64,000 bases of DNA. Source: Gnetum montanum. Lineage: Eukaryota; Plantae; Gnetophyta. Below are positions 1 to 13,021 of this stretch, piece by piece (the first letter of the stretch is position 1; each line of letters starts with the position of its first letter). Below the pieces are notes generated by a model. The model was not told the origin of the DNA. It ran no database searches and saw nothing but the letters and a program-made list of their open reading frames with translations. A program made the translations under genes and the position numbers. The DNA is taken from contig MNCI01003135.1 of NCBI GenBank assembly GCA_015680685.1, positions 248,001 through 312,000 of the forward strand. Direction: 5' to 3'.

Positions 1-675
1 AACTGAGGCATATGATTTTTATCATTTTTATATTTTGTGTTTTAAGTTGCCTAAGGGTAAAGAATAATGAATAAAAATATGGTGATTAAATTGCTAATCT
101 AATCTAACTAGCTACACCTAACTAATCCTAACATAAGCATTTGTTCCCACTTTCCATACATATTTTGAATATATTTAATGCTACTGGATTACCAAATGTT
201 AAGTGTTACTTGGATTACCAAGTGCCAAGCACATGCTTGAAGTGGTCATACTTATGTGCTTGATTAATTGTTATTTAATCTAGCTTAATTACATAAAGCA
301 TTAAAAGAAATTACATAAAACATTAAATGCATAAATAATTAATTAATCTATTTCAAAGTGTTGCAAGGTTTATCAAAAAGCTCATATTTATTTCCACATA
401 CACTGCTATGCTCAGGTACAATAGTGCTCGAATAATGATCTGTATAGTCTTAACCCCTATTGTAAGCTCTAAGAAAAATATTCTAACTTTCAAATGATAA
501 AACTACAAGAGATCTACTATAACTATGATAAAAGATTCCATAAACATGGTGAGTGCATGTATTTATAGGAAAAAATAGAGACTATGTCAACAGGGCCATG
601 CCAACACATCAAATCATGCATCGAGAGCACCTAATCAATGGGGCCTAGTCAATGCAACTAATTTATGATTCATCA
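1..675 (-). mobile_element. Partial LTR of the Athila-like family (runs off the left edge of the window)
   Basis: Colinear similarity to the 47001-47989 LTR (gcatttgttcccactt..catac, ggattacca, gcacatgcttgaagtggtc, tgcaaggtttatc, ggtaca..gctcgaataa, tatttatag). Ends near tcatca at ~675. Confidence 0.65.
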
Positions 676-769
676 TCCACCATACTAATTTTATTATTCA
701 TGCCTCTTTTGTATTTCCTAGCATTTAAAATCATATAAGATAGCAAGTTAGAATGTTATCCTATAACAT

Positions 770-1360
770 TTCCTCTTCAATTTTAGTGGTAATCTTTTAT
801 TATATAGAACACCAGTAGCATGTCTTCACTTTGACCATTTTACCTCAATTCTATTTCTTATATCTTTATCAATTTTACCATGTGATTTGAGGATTGATTC
901 TAAGTAGAAATAATGTTTTCAATGAAAGGAACTTTTTGTCCTTGAGTTGTTACTTCTATTTCATCATTATTTTTGATGCTATTAAAATTGCATTCCATAT
1001 ATTTTATGTTCTTTTTTTGTATTCTTAAGCATTTGATTTTAAATCATATCTCTACTTCTCTATTTTAGAAGTAATATTTTCTCAAGCTATATCCACCAAC
1101 ACAATAGCATCTAAAAATAACATATACCAAGAGATTTCATCTTGCATTTTTTTTGTTAATTGAAGATAAAGATATTAAATAAGAAAATTGTAAATTCAAA
1201 AGAAATTATTTCAACTCTATCAAGTAATATTGCTATAATATAAGGTTTAGAGTTAATGATATTTTTATGCCTTTTGGAGGAGAGAACATACATATGAGAA
1301 TAATCTTTTTCACTTTGATAAAAAATTGGGTTATTGCATGCATCTATTTTATGTAACAAA
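770..1360 (-). pseudogene. Highly decayed Ty1/copia 3' end (RNase H remnant and polypurine tract)
   Basis: Minus-strand ACNNPIFYQS resembles the copia RNase H motif A.NPVFH.R.KH. The purine tract ttgaagaggaaa followed by TGTTA near 765-780 fits a polypurine tract (PPT)/LTR junction. Confidence 0.3.
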
Positions 1361-2039
1361 TATAATTATTAAATAAAACTAAAAATAGATGGTTCTAAAG
1401 TTGATGACTATAAGTATATTTGTTACCTATGAAAGAAAAAGATATAAGTATATTTGTTTAGACTTGTGATAACGATGTGGATGAACTTGTAGTATTTTTC
1501 ATAATGAATTATTTGTATGGATCTATCCTTGATTCAGTTATTTTGAATAGTTTCTTGGCTAATATAAATAGTTGTGGTGTTACTTAATGCTAGCTAGATG
1601 ATTTCATAGCTATTCTTAATTCCAATCTTTGTGTGTTGGATTGATATAGTTATGGTTACTATGGCTACGTATATGTATGTGTGTGTCTTTTTTTTGCTTC
1701 CTTCAAGTTCTTCTCTATGATTGTGATCTCTTCCAATCTAAAAAAGAGGAAGATTGTTCAGTTTTTTGAGCTTTGAATTTTTGGTTAAGTTTTGTTATAA
1801 GAAAATATATATCACAGGAAGCTCTTTATGATAGATCATATTTGTAGGGGAGCATGTTGTAAGGTAAATCTATTTTATGATATTTATAGGTAAAAAGTTC
1901 ATGTGGAACTTATTACTTTTTAAAATAAGCTTTTTTGCATGGTAACGAGTTAAAGTTTGATGATGGCTCTCAGTGACTCAATTTGTAGAAGTTTAGCTCT
2001 TTCATAATGCTTCAACACATCACCTTGTAGAACTGGCTT

Positions 2040-2906
2040 TGATGAATAGTGGAGTAGTCCAACACCCAACCATACAAGATACGAGTGTTCACACATAGCC
2101 TGATTGAATTCTATGGACAAGGTAATGTGGTTATGCTAGTAATTGATTAAAGTTTGAGATCATTGTCTTCCCACATGGAGTTAGTATAATCGATGCATAT
2201 GGTTTAGCTCTTACTAAGGCATATGATATATTAATGTTGGTAGGCCATAACTCCTAGATATGATGGTAAAGTGAGAAAATGATTCTAAGTCTAAACAAAA
2301 TGGTAAAACAATCTACTCTATCCTAAAGTAATGAGTAACTATTCCTAGCTTACGATACACATCTTAGACTCATGTAACCATTACTAGGATTACCAAGTGA
2401 GTGCACTACTAAGTGAATCAAGTGAAACCACTATTGGATTACCAAAAAATTACACTTAATGCTCCAAACTTGTTGTACTCATTTTGCTTTACTATAAACA
2501 AGAAAAGTAAAGTACTCAAAAATGTAACTGATTAAACTAGGAAAATAGTAAGAATTATGCTAAGTAAAATAGTAAAGCTAACTCAATGCTGCAATGATGG
2601 AAAATAGTCTCAATCTTTCTTTTCATCATGAACTATGTCCAAGTATACTTCACTTGAATAAATACTTCAGACAACTGCTCAACATCACACTATGGGAATT
2701 CACTCTATTGCTAAAGTATGAAAACAAACTGCAAGAGTCTACCTACAATTGGAATGAAAAGTTGTTTGGACTGTGCACCTAAGTACCATATTTATAGGCC
2801 TACATGTATCTGTGATATCAGATATCTAACATCATTAATTGTGCCATGATATTATAGATTTGATATCATAGCTTTAATATTGAATGCCTGATATCGTTGC
2901 TAGTCA
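2040..2906 (-). repeat. 3' LTR of the 2-11 kb Athila-like element
   Basis: TG start tgatgaatagtggagtagtccaacacccaaccatac parallels tgatgagtggctaggtacccctacactcaaccatat. Contains the reverse TATA tatttatagg and a gatatc cluster. CA end at ~2906 is approximate. Confidence 0.6.
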
Positions 2907-3099
2907 AAACTTGATTTATAATACCACCACAACTAACTAAAAACTCATCCTTGAGTTAAAACAAAATAAGGATAGAGTTACTTATAGAATTAGAAGGTAG
3001 ATTTACATGACTCTAACTACTATATATATGACTCTTGAATGTTGTAGTGGTGTTTTAGAAAAAATTTACACATGACGTAACATGAAAATTTTTAAGAAA

Positions 3100-6050
3100 A
3101 AATAAAATTTGGTGAAGCTTGATGTAGTCTATGTAATTCCTAACAGTGGTGGCTCTTCCATCATTTGATTTCACTTGTCATCAAGCTTCTAGAACTTGTA
3201 TCGATTCAAGAGTTCCTGAAGCTTTTCCTTCTTCATTCTTGGATCATGTACCATCCATGCTTATTATGCAATGTGTGATTGAGTGGGTACATTCCATGGG
3301 CACAATAGCTATAAAAACATTTGATTTTCCTTGACATACTAGGCTATGAACTACCTTCTCTCCTCTTGAAATGCTCCAACCTTTTCATGTAATTTATGAT
3401 AATCAAATAAGCTTCTAGCCAAGTTTGCTACTACATCTTTTTGCCCTTGGTAGCTAATGTTTAGTACTTCCAATTTAGATTCTACCACTTGGAGTTTCTA
3501 TAAAGCATCTTTATGATCTGTAAACTCTTTCTTGTATGAGGCATATGTGGCTTCTACTTTTTGTTCTAGTTCATTTCTAAGCCTACCTATTGTTAACATT
3601 GCCAAGTTAACATAACGAAGGTTAGCTAATCCAATGTACTCTTTCAAGTTTACAATTTGCATGTATTTAGTTTTCACTTCCATCTAGCGAACATGGGCAT
3701 AGTTGTCTAGGATGGATTAATAGTTAGGATTTTGTGTTGAAATGAATCTAATTCTATCTTGGTCATCTGGATCTCTTTCTCATTGATCTGCTTGTACATG
3801 CCCACTTGATCATGAAGTGTTCCTTAAGTCTTTCATGTTTCTTTATTTTTTTCTACCACATACTTATTTTAATGGTTGACTTCTAATAAATAATACACAC
3901 CTTCTTAATTGAGAGGGTTCTATTTTCTCTTATGAGATGGCTCATATCTTAGTTGACCCTTACTAGTTATTCTCTTAGCTACTGGATGCTCTCCTCTTAG
4001 ATGTTTTTCTACTTTTACATAGTGGTCAATGCCATATTATTAGTAGAAAGTTGTTTATTTTCCTCTTGTACTATAGTAATTGCCTTAGTATGTGCATACA
4101 TTTTTGGTTCTACTATAGAGGCATTCCATATTTCTTTCTTCTTCTTTGCTATAATCTATTCTATTTTTCTCAATCAATATGTTCATTTGTTTAGTTTTGA
4201 ACTGCTATCATCTATTCTATTTTATTCTATTATCAGTAGAAAGTTGTTTATTTTCCTCTTGTACTATAGTAATTGCCTTAGTATGTGCATACATTTGTGG
4301 TTCTACTACAGAGGCATTCCATATTTCTTTCTTCTTCTTTGCTATCATCTATTCTATTTTTCTCAATCAATATGTTCATTTGTTTAGTTTTGAACTGCTC
4401 TATCTAGTCAGGTGCAACAAATTAAGCTAGATCTCTTCATTCAAATCTCAAGATAATAAGATCTTCTTGTAATCTTAGAATTTCATTCTCTACATGCTTT
4501 GCCCTTGTCTCTACCATCATCAATTTTTCTTTGGTAACAATGAGGTTAGACTGTACTGTAGTGACATCACTAGGGATCTCAAAAAGTGTTGTCATTACTT
4601 ACCTAGTCTATAGTAGTCTATCAAGTACATCCTCATGGTTAGCAAGAGTTATCAAGGTTCTAACTAACATTTGAGCTTCTTTGGCTCTAGTTAGATATGC
4701 TTGTGGCATAATAGGTACATTAAAAGATTATTTGATGTGATTGATCATCACCTATGCTACTCTTGTTGCACCTTGGTGTTGCATTATCACAACTATGGCT
4801 TCCTCTTGGATCTCTAGCACCACTTGGAATGATGCACCATTCCTAGAGATCTATTGTGATCATTGGAACTCTTCTCCTAACTAAAGTTATATCTTTCCAC
4901 TTGCTAGATCTACTAAAACTATGGGTTGGATGGCAATATCAATAACTCTATAAAGGTTGGCCTTGTCCCTTGTTCCCTAGTCGATAGTTTCTACAATCTG
5001 TCACAAATGACTCCTTTATGGTCTATAATATTGCAGTGGTGGTGATGGAACTTGCTATTATTGTTGTTATTTTTCTTGTTATTGTTATTGCTATTACTGT
5101 TGTTTCTCTTGCTCTTGTTCTTGTTCTGCACCTTAATCCTTTCTGGGTGGTACTAGTTTGAGCAATTTACCATATGAAGCATTTTGGGCTCTCCTAGGAA
5201 TGTCATTAGTGTATCCTAGGATTCCAACTTGCTTGAAAAACTTTCTAATAAGTCAAGGAAATGTAAGTGTTGGATTTCCTACCTTTCTTTCTTCAAACCA
5301 ATTCTAAATTTTTATAAAGTAAAATTATAAGAGGTTGGCATTATATTTGCCCATTCAAATCACACTTCCTCTTATTGTATAAGTGGATAGTTGGTTGAGT
5401 TCTTTTGTTGAAAATAAGTGATGGGTGGTAATTTTGAAGTAGATTCTTTCATTCAGAGTTAGATAATTATAGCCCTTTTTTTTCATAAGTCCATTTTTTC
5501 CATAGTTTTCTAGTTTTAGGATCTGATTGAGTGGACAAATGTGCTATCCTTGCCTCTTCATTAGATATGTTAAGTGCTTTAGCTATCACCTTTATTGAGA
5601 ATGAGACTAAGATTTCTCCAATGTTAATATTGGTACCCTCTTCTATGTTATGACAAAACTAATAGGTTTCTCCAAGGTGCCATTCACCACTATTAGATTG
5701 GATAGGCCATAATTGTCATGCCTTGAGTTTTTTCTTTACTTCTTCTAGTGTAAATTCCATGAATGGGCCAAAGATCATCTCCATAATGATTGTGGTCAAA
5801 ATTAATCTTTCTTAAATAGCTTGGAGGCAGTCTTGTGGCAACATGAGGCATTATTCTTGCACTGTGGTTCCTTTGCCTCTCTTTCAACCAATTTTCCTAT
5901 AGCAATATTTTCTTGATGGATATTTAATGACTAGGCTTCCAGCTATTCATGTTCTAGTTCTTATTCTCTAGTTCAGCCTTTACCTTGACCTCTTAGTTGT
6001 TTGCTTGCATCTTGTGATGGTCCTGCTTATGCTCCTCTCTCTAGGACCAT
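3100..6050 (-). pseudogene. Decayed 3' accessory ORF of the Athila-like element (plant-transposon-protein/env-like position, coiled-coil C-terminus)
   Basis: ttgcag|ATG at 6050 after a GT..AG intron (6051-6189). Remnant peptides ILVSFSIKVIAKALNI and VGNPTLTFP*LIRKFFKQVGI resemble the plant transposon protein domain. Q/E/K-rich downstream part. Many stops. Confidence 0.5.
4041..4398. repeat. Near-identical tandem duplication of ~165 bp (4041-4205 and 4234-4398)
   Basis: agtagaaagttgtttattttcctcttgtactatag...gttttgaactgct occurs twice with only a few substitutions. Confidence 0.9.
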
Positions 6051-8161
6051 CTGCAATCATTCAAGGGTTTGGAATTACTAAGGTATTATCATATATTTTT
6101 AATAATTCCATACCCTACTCATATCCTTAGTTACATTAAGTTCTTAGTTTATTGTGATTTTAGAGTTTGATAAATTTCCAAAAAGTTACCTCATAAGTGT
6201 TGATTTTCTTATAATCCTTCACAATTACCTATTTTGTTCATATTTGTGGCTTGTAAACGATGGTTATGGTTCCTTAAGGACATTATTTAAGTGTTCTAGT
6301 GTTAATATGATAGATTTCTAATTAAAAACGTCAAGCTTCTTTTCATCCTTACCCTTAAAATATCTTCTAGGTGTTAGGATTTTTCAAAAAAAAATATTGT
6401 AGATTTTCCTCACTAGAAACCACCCCGCCTACACCCCCACCCTCCCCACACAACTAAGATGAGGAACCTAGGATCAAATAGGTTCAAAAATTATGGAAAT
6501 TGAAGTGATGATGTCTAAGATATGGCTATGGAAAGCTAGGATGATAAAGCTCAATTCTCAAAAGAAAATTTAAAAAAACTCCCTTGCTTCAAGTGAGAAA
6601 GAATGAAACTTTTGGCTAAGTATTCACCTATATATGCTTTTGATGTGATCCAATATCAAGGATCTAACATTGGGGATCCAATATCGGGACCCAACAATTT
6701 TTAGTTTCCGTTACATTCTAAGGCTAAAAATTGATTTTCTATGAACATGAGGAACTTTTAGAGTAGAATCATAGGGTCTTGGATGATAGATGATGTGTAT
6801 TTCATTAAAAATTTGGCACATGTACTATGTAAAGCAGGAATCTCAAGCTATGAGAGTTCATAAGATAGATAAAAAGCATAATGGATCCATGTTGTCAAAA
6901 TGAATGGTTTGAATGATAGGAGAAATTTTATTGACATTTGTTGATGCTGGAAGGTTCAAGATGATGTGGAATCACTTAGCAAGTATAAGATACAACAGTT
7001 ATACAAGTGGATCCTTCCCAGAGTAGGCTCCATCCATTGATGCCCTTATATAACAATGCCTAAAAGTATCCTTAGGCACTTAAGTAGTTGAATTTAATGC
7101 ATAGTTGTTTATCAAAACACACATGGTAGTACCACCAAATTGAGAAAATAACTCTATGTAGCACAAAAACATAAGTTATGACTATTCTTATAGTGAAATG
7201 AGATGGACTTAGAAGGAATTGTAGAAATTGGAACGTGAGGTAGCTTACCATAGGCATAATGAATTCTTGTGTTTTATTAATGGTTAAAGTAATCACTAGC
7301 CTTTCTATCCTAGATCTAGACCAAGTCTAAATCACATTCCAATGACATCACATCATTTCATCTCTTGGAATTACAATTGTAAGACTATCAATGTTGCAAA
7401 GAGTATAATCATTTGGTGTATTTCCCAATAAAGGAGTTTATTCATGGTAATTTTTTTTTATTTTTAGATTCTTGAGAAGCTACCTACCTTCAAGCATGAT
7501 AACATTTCTTTCTAATGGAACACCAAAGAATTTATTTTGTGCTTTTTTATTTTTATTTGTGTCAACCTTTGAAGGCAACACTTATTTTACTCTTACTTTC
7601 ATTTTTTGTTAAATCTACAAGGATATAATACAATGTTAACAATATGATAGAACTCACAATAGTAATCTAAGAAAATCCAGAAATCCCCATAATGCCACAC
7701 CCTTTTTATTCCTTGGTTCTTCACTCTTTTGTCCAAGCATAATCATCACAAGTTTATTCTTAGTTGTATGATGGAAAAGAATGTCATTATGTCCATGGTA
7801 AGAACCTCCTATTAATGGAATGGATGTATGAATGATGTGGGCTCACTATTCAAATAATCATTCCCTTATGACTTAATAACATACATAAATCTTCACCTTA
7901 TTGGACTACATCTTGCCTTTATTCATAACATGTATTATTGGTAAGAAAAATTATTTACAAAGGATTTAAAAATAAAGTATGAAAGAAATGAAAAAGATAG
8001 CAAGAATTGTAAACAGGTGTAAAGAATGAAAAATTTAAAAAATGAAAAATGTCAAAGAATTGAAAGATATATCAAAGAATGTCAAAAATTTAAGAAATGA
8101 AAAGTATCAAATAATAAGAAAATATTAAAGAATGTGGAAAATGAAAAATTTAGCAAGGTAC

Positions 8162-11100
8162 TTATGGCTCTAAATTGACTCCCCCACAACTATTATTAAT
8201 ATTAGTTAAATGGAAGATAGAACAAGTAGAAGACTGATGGATTAGCTGGGTAGATTTCTTGGAGTATTTGTAATATGGTTTGACTTGTTGGATATTGACA
8301 AGGATAAGCTTATGTGAACTAGATGAGTGGTCGATATGTAAGGCACCAAATGGATAAATGGCTTGCATAATGTATGGTCCCTTCCAAAGTGTCTGGAATT
8401 TAGCTTTTTCGGGTATATTTCTATGATTATAATAAAGGACCTTGTCACTTGGTTGCATGATTAAATTCCTTATATATGAATCATGCTTGAGTTTGAAGTA
8501 ATGCTTATGGAATTTACTACTCACAAGTGCTACTAGCCAATTCTCATCTAAAACATTTAGGTTCATTAGACATTCCTTTTGGTCTAAACTCAGACTAAGG
8601 TCAAGTTCACTGGCAATAACTAAACTATGAAGCTCTACTTGGATTGGAAGCTTTATCAACTTGCCATAGGCCAACTCATATTGTGTGTACCCTATAGGTA
8701 GTTTCCAGGATGCCCTACAGGCCCATATAGCATCATTTAATTTAGTACTCTAATCATATCTAAACCTACTAACCATCCTAGAGAGTATTCTAGTAATTTC
8801 ATGGTTAGTGACTTTGGCTTAATCATTTGCTTGGGGATGATATGGTGTTGTTAGCTTATGGTTCATCCCCAAGTTGTTGCATCAGCTTTTTAACGGTAGC
8901 ACCAGTGAAGTGAGTTCCATTATCTAATATAAACATTCTTGGCACTCCAAATCTATTCACCATGTGTTGGAAATATTTGGTAGTTGTCTTTGCTTTACAG
9001 TCTTTTACTACTATTGCTTCTACTCACTTTTTGTAGTAATCCATAGTCATAATAATATATACTTTTTTCATTTGACATCGATTGAATGGGCCCCATAAAA
9101 TCAATTCCCAAAATATTAAAAGGCTCTAGTGATTGTATCAAGTGTTGTGGCACTTCATATTTGGTTGTAATTCCTCCATCCCTTTCATAGCATTCATGAG
9201 ATTGTGAAAAATGTGAGCATCTCTAAATAAAGTAGGCTAAACATAGCCTGCCATCAACAGTTTGAGTGTCATTCTATGACTTGCATAGTGGCCACCACAT
9301 GGGCCTTCATGGACATCCTATAAAACTCTCTACTAGTCACAATCTAGCATACATCATCTAATGAGTCCATCTACATAGATCTTGTATAGATTATCATTAA
9401 TTTCCATGTACCATTTTGATCTATGGAGAAATTTCTCACATTGTTTTCTATTTCATTCAACAAGAAGCCCTTGTGTTGTTAGATAATTCATGTACTCTAT
9501 AGTCCATGTCTTCCTTATTAAATCTATAGCCTTTACTATTATGATAAATAGATCCTCATCAAGAAATTGGTCTGATAAAGGTTCCACTTGATTGTTTGAA
9601 TCCCAATTTAACCTTGATAAATGATCAACTACTACACTTTATGTTCCTTTCTTATCAATCATTGTGATGTCAAACTCCTATAGAATCACAAGTCATCTTA
9701 TCACTTTGGGACTAGCTGTTGGTTTGTCCATAAGAAATTGAATAGCACTATGATCAATGTGGACATAAATTTGGTAACTGAACACATAATGTTTGAACTT
9801 TTCAACTGTGTACACCATGGCCATTAGCTTCTTTTCACTTGTGAATTAATTTAATTATTCTTTGGTGATGCTTTTGCTAGCATAGTGTATGTAGTATGGT
9901 CTTTTCTGATCATCAAGTTGTTTCAGTACTGCACCAAGTGCATAGTTGGATGCATCAATCATGATATGAAAAGTCCTTAACCAAACTAGAGCTTGAAGAA
10001 TTGGTATCTCAACTAATTTTTTCTTCAAAGCTTCGAATGTCTTTTCACATGACTTGGTCCACTCAAAAGGTGCGTCCTTCTTCGTGAGTTCTACAAGTGG
10101 TTTGGCTATCTTTGAAAAGTTTTCAATGAACCTCCTATAGTCTCCCATATATCCTAAAAAGGATCTTACATCTTTCATTGTCTATGGTTGTTGAATGATA
10201 TTTTGGATGACTTTAATCCTTTTTGGATCTACCTCTATACCCTTCTAGGAGATTTTATGTTCCAACACTATGTCTTCCTAGACCTTGAGATAGCTCTTTT
10301 GCTAGTTGAGATTTAGATTTGTTTCAACTTATCTTTTGAGTAATTGCTCTAACTAGTCTAATGCTTGTTTGAAATCTAGCCTATATTTGGAAAAATTATC
10401 CATAAAGGCTTAAACACCATTTTCTATCTACTTCTAGAAGATACTTAATACCAGTCTTTGGAAGGTGGCTAGTACATTGCAAAGATCAAAGGGCATCTAT
10501 CTGTAAGCAAACATTTTCAATTGACTGGTGAAGATTGATTTCTCCTAGTATTCAAGTGCAAAGTAGATTTGATTGTATCTACTATACCCATCTAGAAAAC
10601 TATAATACTCACATCCTACAATTATGTCTAGGACCTAATTAACAAATGGAAAAGTGAAGTGATCCTTGAACATGGCAAAATTCAACATTTAGAAGTCAAT
10701 GCAAATGTGCCATTTGTCCTCCTTCTTTAGAACTATAACTAAAGGATTGATCCATTCACTATCTGCAATAGGATAGATGAATCCTCCCTTTAGTAACTTC
10801 TCTAATTCTTGCTTGACTACCTCCTTTAATTTAGAATTGAACCTTCATTGAGGCTGGCATTTTGGTTTAACTGTAAGGTTGGTATAGATCCAATGTTGAA
10901 AAATTCATGGATCAATTCTTGTGATCTCATCATAAGACCACGTGAATGTTGTAGGTCATCTATTAAGCACTTCCAATAGTTTTCTTTTCTATTCTTTGTC
11001 TAGGTTGGCATTGATAATCACTAGCTTCTTATTGTTTAGAAATGCATATTCTAATGTTTCCAGCAAGGCTTTTAATTCTAGCAATTCTAGTTTCATTGCA

Positions 11101-11304
11101 TCTAGAATCTCTAGATGTCCCGAGTCTATTTCCTCTTCTTGATTGATCTGACGGTAGGAATTTCCTTTCCTTAGCTATTCTAACTTGTTAGTTTTTTCAA
11201 TGACGGTAGGAATTTCCTTTCCTTAGCTATTCTAACTTGTTAGTTTTTTCAATGACGGTAGGAATTTCCTTTCCTTAGCTATTCTAACTTGTTAGTTTTT
11301 TCAA
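8162..11304 (-). pseudogene. Decayed gypsy pol (RT, RNase H, integrase)
   Basis: ORFs 9855-10178 (VRSFLG..GDYRRFIENFSKIAKPL, DASNYALGAVL) and 8162-8674 (KFQTLWKGPY). RT motif FLDGYS near 10590. Confidence 0.9.
11149..11304. repeat. Three perfect tandem copies of a 52-bp unit
   Basis: tgacggtaggaatttcctttccttagctattctaacttgttagttttttcaa starts at 11149, 11201 and 11253. Confidence 0.95.
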
Positions 11305-11481
11305 TGTAGGTACTAACCAGCTTAGTTATATATTTATAATATATATCTATAAATTGTTTACAAGTAAAAAGTTCTTTGAGTAAAAATTTCACGATGAAGA
11401 ACAAGATTTAAAAACCCAAATTTTCATGAGTTTTGTACCTTATTTTTCCTAAGGATGGGTTTTTTGTAAACAAAATTTTCA

Positions 11482-11571
11482 TCAATTAGTGTATGCTCTC
11501 ACTCTTGGCCTAATTTGCATTTCCATCAAAAACAACAAATTCGGCCCAGAGTGAGAGCATACACTAATTGA
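11482..11571. other. Near-perfect inverted repeat / hairpin (candidate small-RNA precursor)
   Basis: Arms 11482-11517 and 11536-11571 are complementary at 34 of 36 positions around an 18-nt loop. Confidence 0.85.
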
Positions 11572-11711
11572 GTGACTCGTTTTTCTGAACATTTCGATTC
11601 AGTGAGTTACTTGGAAACTGATGGAACAGTGAAAATAACTCGTTGAAGTTTAAACCCCTTATAGATTTATGGTAACAGCAAGTGAATAAACACTATAAAC
11701 CCTAAACTATA

Positions 11712-11817
11712 AACTATAAACCCATACATAAAATAGCAGTGATTCCTGTAAAATTTGCAGTCACAACTATAAACCCATACTGAAAATGGCAATGATGCCT
11801 GTATAATTTGCAGTCAA
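11712..11817. repeat. Two diverged ~52-bp tandem units in the putative 3' UTR of small gene 1
   Basis: aactataaacccatac....aaat.gca.tgat.cctgta.aatttgcagtca occurs twice. Confidence 0.8.
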
Positions 11818-11822
11818 GAAGA

Positions 11823-12258
11823 TCACACATGCTGTTGCTTCTTCTTACGAGCACGTCGATCAATCGGGGCATTCCTGCGGCAGTTTGGACCAGTTGAGGG
11901 TGGGATGAATCTGTTTGGCTCTTCTTGATGTACAACTCTCATCCTTCTTGTGCTCAAACTCATGCGGTTGCTGCTGTCCATTTCCTGTCCCTGTGACAAA
12001 ACAAAAACAGAAGCAGATACCTTATGCGTTGGCCCGCCTGTTTAGTTCGTCAAAATAACAAGACTCAGAATCAGAAACAACATAATCAAAAACAGAAGTG
12101 TTTTGCCGTGGCTTACTGTTTCATAACCACCACCCACAGAAACAGAATAAACAACAATAATAAGAGCATGTTGCCGTGACAGGGCAATACCACTGATGAG
12201 CACCATTAGCATAAATAAGTAGGCACAACTCCACAACCTTGCTAACCGCCATTGTCAT
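11823..12258 (-). CDS. Small gene 1: putative secreted peptide precursor, 2 exons (12258 or 12212 to 12117; 11990-11823), possibly frameshifted
   Basis: TATA ~75 nt upstream, hydrophobic exon 1, donor ACA|GTAAGC and T-rich acceptor ttttgtcacag (126-nt intron). Exon 2 reads GQEMDSSNRMSLSTRRMRVVHQEEPNRFIPPSTGPNCRRNAPIDRRARKKKQQHV*. The first ATG (12258) is one base out of frame with this exon; the ATG at 12212 is in frame. Confidence 0.45.
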
Positions 12259-12326
12259 TTTCTTCCTTCTTTGAGTGTCTCCCTGGCTTTTTATCACATT
12301 GCAGACTCTTGCCATGCTGAGCTACA

Positions 12327-12335
12327 TTTATATAG
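12327..12335 (-). promoter_or_regulatory. TATA box of small gene 1
   Basis: Minus strand CTATATAAA ~75 nt upstream of ATG 12258, in CpG-retaining DNA. Confidence 0.5.
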
Positions 12336-13021
12336 TATATCGGCCTGGTTTTGATGTTAACTTTCAGCAACCTTTTTTCTGTTTTTTTTTACACCGCCTG
12401 ACGATGTTTTTTTCAGTTCAATTCCTCTCATCGCTGACGATGTCCTTTCCAAAAGAATAAAAAGAAAACAAAACAAAAGCAACGCAGGAGGATGAAAAAA
12501 CAAGCGAGAAAAGCAAGAACAACGGAGGACTGCGACGCCCGTTCTGCAAAAAGCAATAGAAAAGCAAAAAACAGTGGAGCAGCTCGCTCTTTGTTTTATT
12601 CACGTCAAATCCCCGCTTCTTGGTCGGACCCAATAAATCGCCGATATCTAATCTTCACTTTCTTTTCTTCACGTACCCACTCCGCTTTTGTTGACTAATA
12701 TTTTTCCTCATTTCTTTTACATCGTTTACCAAGATTTCTTTTTCACAGTTTGGTTTTGCCCGTTAATACTCTTACTACCCTATTTTTTCCGTTCGTTTTC
12801 AATCGTTTCTTTTTTCTCCCTAACACTCTTGGTTCATCTTGCGGATTAAATATTGTTTTTCACGTTGGTTTTCGTTATTTCTTTTCTTTCTCATTTTCAC
12901 TGGTTTTTTTTTTCTGTCGATCCAAATTACTTCTGTAGACTCACTCTTTTTTACAGTAATTTCATTAAACTCAAACAATTTAATTAAGTGTAAAGAATTT
13001 CCCTATTAATCAATATCAATT

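Larger units (their letters stand above)
2040..11304 (-). mobile_element. 5'-truncated Athila-like Ty3/gypsy retrotransposon (RT-RH-INT, 3' accessory ORF, 3' LTR)
   Basis: Pol remnants at 8162-11300 resemble the 62.5-64 kb pol. LTR at 2040-~2906 starts TGATGA like the 47001 LTR and ends in gatatc repeats. Gag and the 5' LTR are absent. Confidence 0.8.

Noticed and set aside
4001-4430. Hydrophobic plus-strand ORFs (128 and 83 aa) resembling membrane proteins
   Set aside because: They are antisense readings of the E/K-rich accessory ORF and are lengthened by the 165-bp duplication.
11149-11304. Regular repeats as a possible CRISPR-like array
   Set aside because: There are no spacers and no cas genes, the context is eukaryotic TE DNA, and the unit is part of a retrotransposon pol linker.
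11697-11706. AAACCCTAAA telomere/telo-box motif
   Set aside because: A single copy within AT-rich slipped repeats; expected by chance.
12121-12315. Cys/Trp-rich 64-aa ORF as a cysteine-rich peptide
   Set aside because: The Cys/Trp content comes from reading a hydrophobic TG-rich frame out of phase, and the ORF stops just before the splice donor. It cannot be fully excluded.
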